NCBI RefSeq assembly: GCF_000025125.1
Contig: NC_013771.1
Coordinates: 1,380,001 to 1,412,000, forward strand
From: Candidatus Atelocyanobacterium thalassa isolate ALOHA
Lineage (GTDB): Bacteria; Cyanobacteriota; Cyanobacteriia; Cyanobacteriales; Microcystaceae
Length of the DNA: 32,000 nucleotides
Reading direction: 5' to 3'
Numbering within the stretch: the first letter of the stretch is position 1; every line of letters starts with the position of its first letter. The translations under genes were made by a program, and so were the position numbers. Positions 1 through 8,834 of this stretch are shown piece by piece. The notes below the pieces were generated by a model that saw nothing but the letters and a program-made list of their open reading frames with translations, was not told the DNA's origin and searched no databases.

Positions 1-244
1 AAAATCCTGTAACAATTAATATAAAGGAGTGAAAAGGTATCATGAACATAAATATTTTTTTAAAATAATTTAGCTGTATTCCAGCTAAAATACAACCATA
101 TCCGATAACTAAACTTAATAAACCCTCAGTAAAAGGGCTTTCCCAAAGGAATGTAATTATAGTAACAACTATAATCATCAATAATTTGGTTCTAAAATCT
201 AAGTAAGTAAAAAACGATTTTTTATTAACTGTTTCAAATTTCAT
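1..244 (-). CDS. ECF transporter transmembrane (T) component, CbiQ/EcfT-like, N-terminal part (runs off window)
   Basis: Own translation of the minus strand from the ATG at 244: MKFETVNKKSFFTYLDFRTKLLMIIVVTIITFLWESPFTEGLLSLVIGYGCILAGIQLNYF... The start is CbiQ-like (LDxRxKLL) followed by hydrophobic helices. The start overlaps the stop of the upstream ATPase gene (ATGAAATTTGA, 234-244), which implies one operon. Confidence 0.6.
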   Translation of the reverse strand, partial: MKFETVNKKSFFTYLDFRTKLLMIIVVTIITFLWESPFTEGLLSLVIGYGCILAGIQLNYFKKIFMFMIPFHSFILIVTGF

Positions 245-1958
245 GATAATTAAAGCAATCTACTATTTCATCAGGTGTTAAAGCAAGATATTTATTGTCT
301 ATATTTCGATTTATTTCTTGCATCAAGAAAACTGCTTGAGGCGGAAAAAGATAAGTAGACTTTAATAGTTCTAGGTCATGATAGGCTTCATTGATGGAAG
401 TATCTAGTATAATTTTCCCTTCTTTCATAAGAATAACCCTCTCAGCATAGTTTGACATCAGATACAGATGATGGGTTATGACTATAATAGTTTTTCCGGC
501 TTCATGTAATTTACGAGTAATATCCAGGATTGAACAAGCACCTTTGTAATCTTGACCAGTTGTAGGTTCATCAAAAATAATTATTTCTGGTTCCATAGCT
601 AAAATTGCAGCAATAACGATTCGTGCACGATCACCTTTAGCTAATGAAAAAGGATGAGATTGAAGAAACCCTAGTAAACCAAGTTCTTCTAAGATTACAT
701 AAACTTTATTTTTAATTTGACTTTTATCATAACCTAAATCATTTAAGGCAAAAGCTACTTCATCTTCTACTGTCATGTTGAAAATTTGGTTGTCAGGATT
801 TTGTCCTACATATCCAATAATTTTAGATATATCACTGATAGATAAAATTTTCGCATTCTTGTTTTTTATTTGTACAGTTCCCTGTGTGGGTTGTAAAAGA
901 TTTAAGAAATGCTTAACTAAAGTACTTTTTCCTGAGCCATTTTGACCAGCAATTAAAACATACTCTCCTGAAAAAATATCAAGAGATACTTGATTTAATG
1001 CCTTTAACTTATTCTTATAATAATAAGTTAAATCTTTTGCAGATAATAAGCGTACTAAATTTTTTTTGAGTGTTTTATGATTTTTTTTGACAGTAGTTGG
1101 TATTGTAATATTGCTTTTTATCTTTTTTAAGATTCTAATTCCTTGTTCCAACGTAACAGGAATTTTAGATAAATTAATTCCTTTCGCTTTAATATCGTAG
1201 AATATTTTAGCTACTTGTGGAGGACGTAGATCGTGAGACTCTATTAAAGGAATTTTTGTATATATCTCTTGTGGAGATCCTATCTCAATTATTTCTCCAT
1301 GAGATAGCAAAGCTAAGCGATCGCTAAACTGAGCCATTTCTTCTGATGCATGAGATACCATTACAATTGTTATTCCTAATTCTTTATTCAATTCTTTAAC
1401 AACAGAAAAAACTTCTTGAGAACCTACGGGATCAAGCTGTGAAGTTGGTTCATCTAGTATTAATAGTTTCGGCTTTAAAGCAATTGCTGCAGCAATTGCC
1501 AAACGTTGTTTTTGTCCCCCTGATAATTCCTGAGGGTGTTTGTTTTCCATCCCTTCTAATCTAACTGCCGTTAAAGCAGATGAAATACAAGTGATAATTT
1601 CTTCACGCTTAATACATAAATTTTCTAATGCAAATGCTATTTCATTAATAACTGAAGTTGATACTAACTGAGTTTCTGGATCCTCAAAGACAGAACCTAT
1701 ATAGCGAGATAAATAGCTTACTGGATATTTTAGAGTGTCTAATCCTGCTACTTTGATATATCCGAAAAAGCGTCCCCCATAAAACTGTGGAATTATTCCA
1801 TTTAGTGTTAGACATAATGTTGTTTTTCCGGATCCGGTAGGACCTATAATTCCTAAAAACTCTCCTTTCTGAATATTTAAAGAAATATTTTTAAGGACGG
1901 GTTTTGTCGAATTAGGATAAACATAAGAAACCTTATCTAAACTGGCTATTATTTCCAT
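234..1958 (-). CDS. Fused duplicated ABC ATPase (EcfA-EcfA'/CbiO-like), energy-coupling module of an ECF transporter
   Basis: 574 aa with two ABC cassettes. Walker A motifs are GPTGSGKT and GQNGSGKS; Walker B motifs are LLILDEPT and IIIFDEPT; H-loops are VSHA and ITHH. The first signature is the canonical LSGGQKQR. The second is degenerate, SLAKGDRAR (nt 630-647). Confidence 0.9.
   Translation of the reverse strand: MEIIASLDKVSYVYPNSTKPVLKNISLNIQKGEFLGIIGPTGSGKTTLCLTLNGIIPQFYGGRFFGYIKVAGLDTLKYPVSYLSRYIGSVFEDPETQLVSTSVINEIAFALENLCIKREEIITCISSALTAVRLEGMENKHPQELSGGQKQRLAIAAAIALKPKLLILDEPTSQLDPVGSQEVFSVVKELNKELGITIVMVSHASEEMAQFSDRLALLSHGEIIEIGSPQEIYTKIPLIESHDLRPPQVAKIFYDIKAKGINLSKIPVTLEQGIRILKKIKSNITIPTTVKKNHKTLKKNLVRLLSAKDLTYYYKNKLKALNQVSLDIFSGEYVLIAGQNGSGKSTLVKHFLNLLQPTQGTVQIKNKNAKILSISDISKIIGYVGQNPDNQIFNMTVEDEVAFALNDLGYDKSQIKNKVYVILEELGLLGFLQSHPFSLAKGDRARIVIAAILAMEPEIIIFDEPTTGQDYKGACSILDITRKLHEAGKTIIVITHHLYLMSNYAERVILMKEGKIILDTSINEAYHDLELLKSTYLFPPQAVFLMQEINRNIDNKYLALTPDEIVDCFNYHEI
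1317..1324. repeat. Single copy of the cyanobacterial HIP1 octamer GCGATCGC
   Basis: Exact GCGATCGC inside the ATPase gene. It is the only exact copy I found in the window; a near copy, CCGATCGC, lies near 28630. Confidence 0.5.
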
Positions 1959-1963
1959 AATGG

Positions 1964-2794
1964 TTAATAGATTGCTGATTGAGGTTTAACAATACTGATA
2001 GCTCGTAATCCATAAATGACACGAATACCTATAAAAGTTCCCACTAAAGAACGAACTAAATTTTCTAAAGGCATTACTGGAATCAAAAATACCCAAACTT
2101 TTTCTGGCCAATTAAATATAGTGTAGGTAATAAAGACTTGGCTTAAATGATACATACCACTAATTGTCCAGCTTCCAAAAAATAAACCTAGTGACAATAA
2201 ATATAAATTCTTGCTGTGAATCCAACTTGCAAACAAAGTACGAGTAGGTAAAACGAAAAATAATAGTCCTGACCAGTCAATTAAAGAACCTTTAATAATT
2301 ATAGAGATCGGAACTCCATTATTGAATGCACGAAACATATAGAAAAATAAAATAATAATGAAGAAGACCGCCATGCCGATCCACCAATATCGACGGTGCT
2401 TTCCAATAGTCATAGTACCTGCTGCGAAACTACTGATTATTGCCCCAAAAATAGAAACAGGAGGTATTCCTGCAGTATGTGGAGCTAGAAAGACACCCAT
2501 CAAAGTTCCTATCCCGCTGGCCATTGCGCCACCAAATGGTCCTAAGATCCAACCCAAAAGAGGGAATATACCTTGACTTAGAGGGAAAATTCCTCCAGCT
2601 CCGATAGTAATGGAAAAAGGAATAAAATTTAAAACTGTTACAACCGCAGACATTACCATTATGTGGTTTATTGGAGTTCCATCTAAGGAAGCGCTTCCAA
2701 GAGATTTTACTTCTCGTTCTTCGCCCTGAAGTTCTTCTTCCATAACGTTTAGTGCATATGAATTTTTGGCTTGAGAGTTTTTATCCATATCCAC
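1964..2794 (-). CDS. Polytopic membrane protein, putative substrate-capture (S) component of the adjacent ECF module; substrate unknown
   Basis: There are about 6-7 hydrophobic helices after an acidic N-terminal extension. The gene ends 5 nt upstream of the ATPase gene on the same strand. The codon at 2794 is GTG and the first ATG is at 2788, so the start is uncertain. The S-component assignment rests on context and topology only. Confidence 0.5.
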   Translation of the reverse strand: MDMDKNSQAKNSYALNVMEEELQGEEREVKSLGSASLDGTPINHIMVMSAVVTVLNFIPFSITIGAGGIFPLSQGIFPLLGWILGPFGGAMASGIGTLMGVFLAPHTAGIPPVSIFGAIISSFAAGTMTIGKHRRYWWIGMAVFFIIILFFYMFRAFNNGVPISIIIKGSLIDWSGLLFFVLPTRTLFASWIHSKNLYLLSLGLFFGSWTISGMYHLSQVFITYTIFNWPEKVWVFLIPVMPLENLVRSLVGTFIGIRVIYGLRAISIVKPQSAIY

Positions 2795-2835
2795 TGAAAA
2801 GATAAAAAATTATAATATCAAAAACTTATTGAAAT

Positions 2836-2910
2836 AAATAATAAGATAATTGTTTCATTTAATCTCTTAATGCGCATTATAACTGATAGATAATAATTAT
2901 CTTATTATTT
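2836..2910 (-). terminator. Long nested inverted repeat between the 213-aa ORF and the ECF operon (terminator or RNA stem-loop candidate)
   Basis: The 16-nt arms AAATAATAAGATAATT (2836-2851) and AATTATCTTATTATTT (2895-2910) are perfect reverse complements. The 12-bp palindrome TAATGCGCATTA (2868-2879) is almost concentric with them. On the minus strand the structure is followed by a T-rich tract. Confidence 0.35.
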
Positions 2911-2946
2911 ATAGCCAAAATAGGTTTAGTAATAAAAAATGTATTG

Positions 2947-3588
2947 CTATAAAGTACCAACACGACAATCTCTTAGCCACAAGCGAATTCCTTGGCCAAC
3001 TGCACTATTAATAGAATTTCGAGAAGGTAATGATAATCCATTACTATTATCTATATGAGCTAGTTTTGAAGAAAGAGATATCAATCTCCAGCTATCAGCT
3101 TCTTTAGATAAAAATATTCGATAATGATTTTGTAAACGAAAAACTTCTTTATTACTATAATGCCGTTCTAAGGTGGTAAAAAATGCTTGCTTTGTATTAT
3201 TTGGAAGTAAAGATTTATACTGAGAGCTTCTTAACGGAAGAGCTTTTAGTTCTGGCTTCCCTGCTAAGATAATATAACTATATGTATTTATTTGATTACT
3301 CCTTCTTGATTTTTGGGCTACACGATTTGCATAACTAGGCAAGTCGTGTAGCAATTGTGTCATAAGGACCTCAAAACTTCTTGGACAGTTTTTTTTAACT
3401 GAATTAATAGATAAATACTTGTTGTTTTTCGCACTGTATAAATGATCAGAGTTTTGTACTGTCGTAATAGCATAGCCATTAGGCATACAAATTACATGAA
3501 AAACACTAATAATACCTAAAAAATAGGATTTTAATATAAATAAAGTTTTAAATTGTGATGTCATTAATAATACGGTTCCATGCTTCAA
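2947..3588 (-). CDS. Hypothetical protein with an N-terminal hydrophobic (signal-like) segment
   Basis: 213-aa ORF in an AT-rich background with no motif I recognise. An alternative ATG lies at 3564. Either start overlaps the 3' end of pyrF (3548). Confidence 0.55.
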   Translation of the reverse strand: MKHGTVLLMTSQFKTLFILKSYFLGIISVFHVICMPNGYAITTVQNSDHLYSAKNNKYLSINSVKKNCPRSFEVLMTQLLHDLPSYANRVAQKSRRSNQINTYSYIILAGKPELKALPLRSSQYKSLLPNNTKQAFFTTLERHYSNKEVFRLQNHYRIFLSKEADSWRLISLSSKLAHIDNSNGLSLPSRNSINSAVGQGIRLWLRDCRVGTL

Positions 3589-4246
3589 TTGGATTATCTG
3601 CCATGGTTATTGGACGCCCAATAACCAAATAATCTGCACCTGCTTCTAGAGCTTGTTTAGGTTGCATTATTCTTTTTTGATCTTTAACTTGAGACCAAGA
3701 AGGTCTTACCCCTGGACAAACTAATATGAAGTTTTCTCCACATAATTGTCTGATTTGAGAAACTTCATGAGGAGAACATACTGCTCCATCAATACCTAAT
3801 TTTTGTGCTAATAAAGCCATGTGCAGAGCATATTGTTCTAATTCTACTGAAATTTTCAGATCACAATTCAATTCTTTTGAATTTAAACTTGTAAGAAGCG
3901 TTACCGCTAAGATTTTGGTTGTAGAAGAACTAGAAGCAATAGCTTTGGCCGCAGCCTCCATCGCCTTTTGCCCAGCAGCTGCATGAATAGTTATTAAATC
4001 TACACCATGATTACTAGCAGATTTGCATGCTCCAGCGATAGTGTTGGGAATATCGTGAAATTTTAAATCTAAAAAAATTTTTTTTTGTCTATCCTTAAGT
4101 AAACTAAATATCTCTGGTCCCAGAGCAACAAATGCTTCTAGTCCCACCTTCCAAAAACTTACTTGAGGTAGTTTGTCTAGAAGATTAACTACAGCTTTCT
4201 TGTCAGAGACATCTAATGGAACAATTATTTGATTAGTAGAGAACAT
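3548..4246 (-). CDS. pyrF: Orotidine 5'-phosphate decarboxylase
   Basis: 232 aa. N-terminus is IVPLDV and the catalytic motif is DLKFHDIPNT (DxKxxDIxxT). Near the C-terminus is YLVIGRPI. The length is typical of the family. Confidence 0.92.
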   Translation of the reverse strand: MFSTNQIIVPLDVSDKKAVVNLLDKLPQVSFWKVGLEAFVALGPEIFSLLKDRQKKIFLDLKFHDIPNTIAGACKSASNHGVDLITIHAAAGQKAMEAAAKAIASSSSTTKILAVTLLTSLNSKELNCDLKISVELEQYALHMALLAQKLGIDGAVCSPHEVSQIRQLCGENFILVCPGVRPSWSQVKDQKRIMQPKQALEAGADYLVIGRPITMADNPIEAWNRIINDITI

Positions 4247-4621
4247 TGGTAAAAGGATAAGATTATTGAATTTTATTAAATGTAAAAGTTGGTTTCATAA
4301 AAATCTATTGCTAAAAATTGTTGTTTATACGTAAAACAACGTATAGAAGCATAACAAAATTAACAATGATCTAATATATTATCTTTAATTTGGTTCTTAT
4401 TAGTATATTTCTCTTATGTAGATATATTTTTTTATAAACGTAACCAAAATGTAGGCAATATTCCTGATCTGTGATACGAATCAATAGTATTTGCTTAGTT
4501 TCAACTATGGTTGAGGTATTTCACATTTCTAATGATCGATATTTTTCTATATAGTTATTTTATGATTTATGATAATCATATAAGAGAACTAGCTTGAGAA
4601 TTATTTTTTTATAAAATTAAT

Positions 4622-5071
4622 ATGCATCATGTATCTATTCATACAGCTAACATCCATAAAGCAATAGCTTTTTATCAGATTCTAGGTTTCACTATTCAGA
4701 CCCGTTTTGTTATAGGCTACACTTTGGCTTGTTGGATGGAAGGATTGGGAGGAAGGATTGAACTAATTGAAATTCCTGAGCCTAAAAAAAAATTAAACAT
4801 TTTTTATGATAATAGTCATGTTGGTTATTATCATATATCTTTTGATTTAACTCATCATACTTCAGGGCTTTCTGTATGGCTGAGTAAATTAAAAATCAAC
4901 TTTTCTAAATATGAATATGCTCAAGAAAACCTTGATGATTCTTCGTTCCCTATTATTTTACTTGAACCTAAAGAACAGGTTATTGGCGATAAACTTTATG
5001 AAATAGCTTTTATTCAAGATCAAGATGGACTGCCTTTAGAATTTATTCGAATTTTAAAGAATAATATTTAG
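4622..5071 (+). CDS. VOC/glyoxalase-family protein
   Basis: 149 aa. The N-terminus HHVSIHTANIHKAIAFYQILGF has the typical glyoxalase/dioxygenase beta-alpha-beta start, and LPLEFI lies near the C-terminus. Confidence 0.65.
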   Translation: MHHVSIHTANIHKAIAFYQILGFTIQTRFVIGYTLACWMEGLGGRIELIEIPEPKKKLNIFYDNSHVGYYHISFDLTHHTSGLSVWLSKLKINFSKYEYAQENLDDSSFPIILLEPKEQVIGDKLYEIAFIQDQDGLPLEFIRILKNNI

Positions 5072-5104
5072 TTTAACTACTTCTGATGCATTAAAAATAT
5101 AGTA

Positions 5105-5158
5105 AAAATCCTATCAAATGATTTTCTGCTTAAACAAAAAATCATTTGATAGGATTTT
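5105..5158. terminator. Bidirectional rho-independent terminator between convergent genes
   Basis: A perfect 21-bp stem is formed by AAAATCCTATCAAATGATTTT (5105-5125) and AAAATCATTTGATAGGATTTT (5138-5158) with a 12-nt loop. The A/T runs at both ends give a U-tract in either orientation. Confidence 0.8.
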
Positions 5159-5167
5159 GAATGATTT

Positions 5168-5755
5168 TTAGAGTAAGTAAACTAATACAAAAAGAATAAT
5201 CCAAACTACATCGACAAAATGCCAATAAATCTCTGCTGCTTCAACACCAAAATGAGATTCACTTGTATAGTGCCCTTCTTTAGAAGAACGCCATAAAACT
5301 GCTAATATCATAAAAAGTCCGAAGGATACATGCAGCCCATGAAAACCCGTTAAAACATAAAAACAGCTAGCAAATAAATTTGTAGTTAATCCCATCTCCA
5401 AGTGGAAATACTCATACATTTGACCTGCTAGGAATACAAAACCCATTAGAGCTGTTACTCCAAACCAAAGTTTTAATCCAGAAACATCGTTCCTTTTGAT
5501 AGCTGCTTTCCCTTTATGCATAACGAAACTACTAGAAACTAAGATAAGAGTATTAATTCCTGGTAATAGTAGTTCCAGCTCTGGTGTTCCTGTGGGTGGC
5601 CAAATAGGCATTATAGTTTTATAAACTATAAATGCACTAAATAATCCTAGAAAGATAGAACTTTCCGCTATTAAAAATAGGACTAGACCGAATAATCTAT
5701 GATCATGATGAACATGAGTCGTTTCATGAGATTTTTGAATCGCTGAACCTTGCAT
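5168..5755 (-). CDS. ctaE: Cytochrome c oxidase subunit III
   Basis: 195-aa polytopic protein with the conserved C-terminal WHFVDVVW motif. It lies immediately downstream of ctaD. Confidence 0.92.
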   Translation of the reverse strand: MQGSAIQKSHETTHVHHDHRLFGLVLFLIAESSIFLGLFSAFIVYKTIMPIWPPTGTPELELLLPGINTLILVSSSFVMHKGKAAIKRNDVSGLKLWFGVTALMGFVFLAGQMYEYFHLEMGLTTNLFASCFYVLTGFHGLHVSFGLFMILAVLWRSSKEGHYTSESHFGVEAAEIYWHFVDVVWIILFVLVYLL

Positions 5756-5804
5756 AACAAATTAAATATTGAAATAATTTAATGAAAAGTATGAACAAAA
5801 TAGA

Positions 5805-5826
5805 CTATCTTTTATTGGAAAGATAG
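5805..5826 (-). promoter_or_regulatory. Intercistronic stem-loop between ctaD and ctaE
   Basis: An 8-bp stem, CTATCTTT (5805-5812) with AAAGATAG (5819-5826), has a 6-nt loop. It sits in the 80-nt ctaD-ctaE gap and may be an mRNA stability or partial termination element. Confidence 0.3.
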
Positions 5827-5835
5827 AAATACGAC

Positions 5836-7503
5836 TTACTTAGAGTTAGAACTCGTTTCAGTAGGGGTATCTCCAAAAACCTTTTCAAAATCAAATTCTT
5901 CAGAATTTAAACCGTAATCGTACGGTCCTGCCCATAGGACAGGTTTTCCATCAAAATTTTCAATTGCGGGAGGAGATGATGTTTGCCACTCTAAAGTATA
6001 TGCTCTCCAAGGATTTCGGCTAACTTTTTCACCACTAGCTAAACTTAGGAATATATTTATAACGAAAGGTAAGGTTGACAGACCAAGTATATAAGCTCCT
6101 ATAGTAGCAATTTCATTTAAAGGCTGAAATTGAATATCGTATAATGCAATACGACGATTCATTCCTAATAGTCCTAATTCATGCATAGGCATAAATGATA
6201 CATTCAAGCCTATGAATAATAAAAGAAAATGAGCTTTTCCAAGAAATTCATTGAACATCCTTCCCGTCATTTTTGGGAACCAATGATAGAAGCCTGCAAA
6301 TAAACCCATAGATGCTCCTCCAAAAAGAACATAATGGAAATGAGCTACTACAAAATAGGTATCATGAACGTGAATGTCAAAAGGTACTGCAGATAACATT
6401 ACTCCGGTCAAGCCACCTAACGTAAAAATAGTAAGAAAACCAAATCCAAAAAGGAAAGGAGTATTTAAGTTTATTTTGCCTCCCCAAATTGTTGCACACC
6501 AGCCAAATACTTTAATGCCTGTAGGAATAGCGATCAACATTGTAGCGGCCATGAAAAACATCCTTAACCATCCAGGTATACCACTAGTAAACATGTGGTG
6601 AGCCCAAACAATCAAACCAAGAAAACTAATTCCTAAACTGGAATAAGCAATAGCTCGATAGCCAAAAATAGGTTTTCTTACATGTACAGGTAAAACATCA
6701 GAAATAACTCCAAAAAAGGGCAAAATCATAATGTAAACTGCCGGATGTGAATAGAACCAAAACATATGTTGATAAAGTACCGGATCCCCGCCACCTGCAG
6801 GGTTAAAAAAGCTGGTTCCAGCAATCAGATCAAAAGATAAAAGAACCAATGCTGCAGCCAACACAGGAGTAGATAATAAAATCAAAGTCGAAGTTGCTAG
6901 CATAGACCAACAAAACAATGGCATGCTATGCAGATCCATTTCTTTGATTCGCATTTTTAATATAGTAGTTAGAAAATTTATAGATCCTAAAATTGAAGAA
7001 GTTCCTATTAGAAGAACACTTAAGATCCAAATTTCTTCGCCCCATATTCCACTAACTAAGCTTAAAGGTGGATAAGAAGTCCATCCAGCTTGTGCAGCTC
7101 CTCCGTCAACAAAAAAGCTTAATAGTAACAAAATACCTCCTGGTGGTGTTAACCAAAAGGCTAATGCATTAAGCGTAGGAAAAGCCATATCTTCAGTCCC
7201 TATCATTAAGGGAATTAGATAATTAGCAAAAGCTGCCCCAGCTGGTACGATCCATAAAAAGATCATAATCGTACCATGCATAGTTAAAACTTGGTTGTAC
7301 AAGAAGGGAGTTATAAAGTCAGGTTCAGGAGTAGCTAATTCTGTTCTAAGAACCTCTGCAAGAGCTCCACCTATGAAATAAAAAAGAAATGATGTAACTA
7401 GGTACTGAATTCCAATAACCTTATGGTCTGTACAAAAGGTAAAGTAATCGGTCCATTTCCTTTGTTGATGTTGTGTTTTGGTTGATTCGATGATGGTTGT
7501 CAT
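5836..7503 (-). CDS. ctaD: Cytochrome c oxidase subunit I (heme-copper oxidase)
   Basis: 555 aa with 12 or more hydrophobic helices. Conserved histidine motifs WAHHMF and HFHYVL are present, along with GGGDPVLYQH. Confidence 0.97.
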   Translation of the reverse strand: MTTIIESTKTQHQQRKWTDYFTFCTDHKVIGIQYLVTSFLFYFIGGALAEVLRTELATPEPDFITPFLYNQVLTMHGTIMIFLWIVPAGAAFANYLIPLMIGTEDMAFPTLNALAFWLTPPGGILLLLSFFVDGGAAQAGWTSYPPLSLVSGIWGEEIWILSVLLIGTSSILGSINFLTTILKMRIKEMDLHSMPLFCWSMLATSTLILLSTPVLAAALVLLSFDLIAGTSFFNPAGGGDPVLYQHMFWFYSHPAVYIMILPFFGVISDVLPVHVRKPIFGYRAIAYSSLGISFLGLIVWAHHMFTSGIPGWLRMFFMAATMLIAIPTGIKVFGWCATIWGGKINLNTPFLFGFGFLTIFTLGGLTGVMLSAVPFDIHVHDTYFVVAHFHYVLFGGASMGLFAGFYHWFPKMTGRMFNEFLGKAHFLLLFIGLNVSFMPMHELGLLGMNRRIALYDIQFQPLNEIATIGAYILGLSTLPFVINIFLSLASGEKVSRNPWRAYTLEWQTSSPPAIENFDGKPVLWAGPYDYGLNSEEFDFEKVFGDTPTETSSNSK

Positions 7504-7577
7504 AGAATTTTAATCAATAAATTAAGCTAAGCTTAGATAAAGGATTACAAATAAAATTCCGAGTTAAGATTTTAATC

Positions 7578-8516
7578 TTAAGAATCCTGATGAGAATAAT
7601 TATGAGTTAACTCAGCTACAGTATCTTTTTCTGTATCCATATTCTCAATATAAGAAGTTAGGAATTTTTCATTAGAAGAACTATCGTCAACAGTTAAAGT
7701 TTTTTCAAGATATGCTTCTTGAACGGGTTGATTGGATTTTATCCATTCTTCATAAGAATCTTGATCTTCAACATGAAGAACAGACTTCATACCCCCATGG
7801 TAAGGACCACACAACTCTGCACAAACAATAGGATAATCCCCTTTAAGAGAAGGAATAAAAGAAATAATACTTTGACGTCCTGGAATAGTATCTTGTTTTA
7901 AACGCAGCTGAGGTACCCAAAAAGCATGAAGTACATCTTTAGCAGTCATATTAAGTTGAACTGGCTGATTATTAGGAACATGAAGCTCACCAGAAACAAT
8001 ACCTGTTTCTGGATATGTAAATAGCCAAGCATATTGCATGGCTTGAACATTCACTTGTAAAGCCTCTTTCCCAAATGACTTTCCAATCCCCAAGGCTATT
8101 TGATCATCGTTATTATCTATTGCTATTTGTTGAGGAGGAACATTTCTACTATTGACGGGATCTAGTCCTCCAAGCTTGTTATAAGTTTGAAAACTGTAAA
8201 AAGCAAGGATGAAAACAATCACCGTAGGAATAGCTGTCCATACTATTTCTAAGGCAACATTTCCTTCTATATGAGGCCCATCGCTAGTGTCTCCTTTTTT
8301 ACGACGAAATTTGATAAGACTATAAACTAAGGCACCTTCTACTATAAGAAAAAGTCCTGTAGCGATAGTCATCATAAAGTTAAATAATTTATCCACTTCT
8401 TTTGCATTTTCAGAAGCGGCTACTGGCATCAATCCATGATTCTGACCATACCAGAGGCTGATTAATGTGATAAGAACACCAGCTATAAGGGTGATAATAC
8501 TACGTTGGATGTTCAC
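7578..8516 (-). CDS. ctaC: Cytochrome c oxidase subunit II
   Basis: 312 aa with the CuA site CAELCGPYHGGM (CxExCGxxHxxM). The N-terminus, SLWYGQNHGLMPVAAS, is typical of cyanobacterial CtaC. The start codon at 8516 is GTG and no nearby in-frame ATG exists. Confidence 0.95.
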   Translation of the reverse strand: MNIQRSIITLIAGVLITLISLWYGQNHGLMPVAASENAKEVDKLFNFMMTIATGLFLIVEGALVYSLIKFRRKKGDTSDGPHIEGNVALEIVWTAIPTVIVFILAFYSFQTYNKLGGLDPVNSRNVPPQQIAIDNNDDQIALGIGKSFGKEALQVNVQAMQYAWLFTYPETGIVSGELHVPNNQPVQLNMTAKDVLHAFWVPQLRLKQDTIPGRQSIISFIPSLKGDYPIVCAELCGPYHGGMKSVLHVEDQDSYEEWIKSNQPVQEAYLEKTLTVDDSSSNEKFLTSYIENMDTEKDTVAELTHNYSHQDS

Positions 8517-8834
8517 GGCTATTAAATAAATTAGACGATTACCTATTTAATAACATTAAAGCTAAGTCTTAAAAAAAAATTAGTTTTTTATAACAGTTTT
8601 ATTAAATCTTTTTTTTTCTTTAGGATCTAACTAAGTAATGACCCATATGATTTAGGAAGATACAACTAAAAACAAATGCTAAATTTTTTAGACCTGGAGA
8701 AATCATAAGATAGAATCAAGAGGTTAAACTTATATTTAATAATTATAAGAAATTTTAGCAATAGCTAATTTAGCTTAAAATATAAATTAATTACTTTGAA
8801 ATATTTTTTGTTTATTGACTTTATGATTTAGGAT

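Noticed and set aside
6374-6601. Short antisense ORFs from the track lie within well-supported genes: 2358-2576, 6374-6601, 7719-7901, 11398-11595, 15845-16027, 17992-18177, 21491-21706 and 26859-27105.
   Set aside because: Each lies wholly inside a gene with strong family motifs (ECF S-like protein, ctaD, ctaC, RsbW-like, SBP, cobS, M50, sigma). They are 60-75 aa, low-complexity and without recognisable features.
8646-8833. The 12-nt direct repeat TATGATTTAGGA occurs at 8646-8657 and 8822-8833 in the ctaC / 253-aa ORF divergent spacer.
   Set aside because: The second copy simply abuts the ATG at 8835. The motif is AT-rich and short with no symmetry. I cannot distinguish it from chance or a small duplication, so it is not worth a separate finding.
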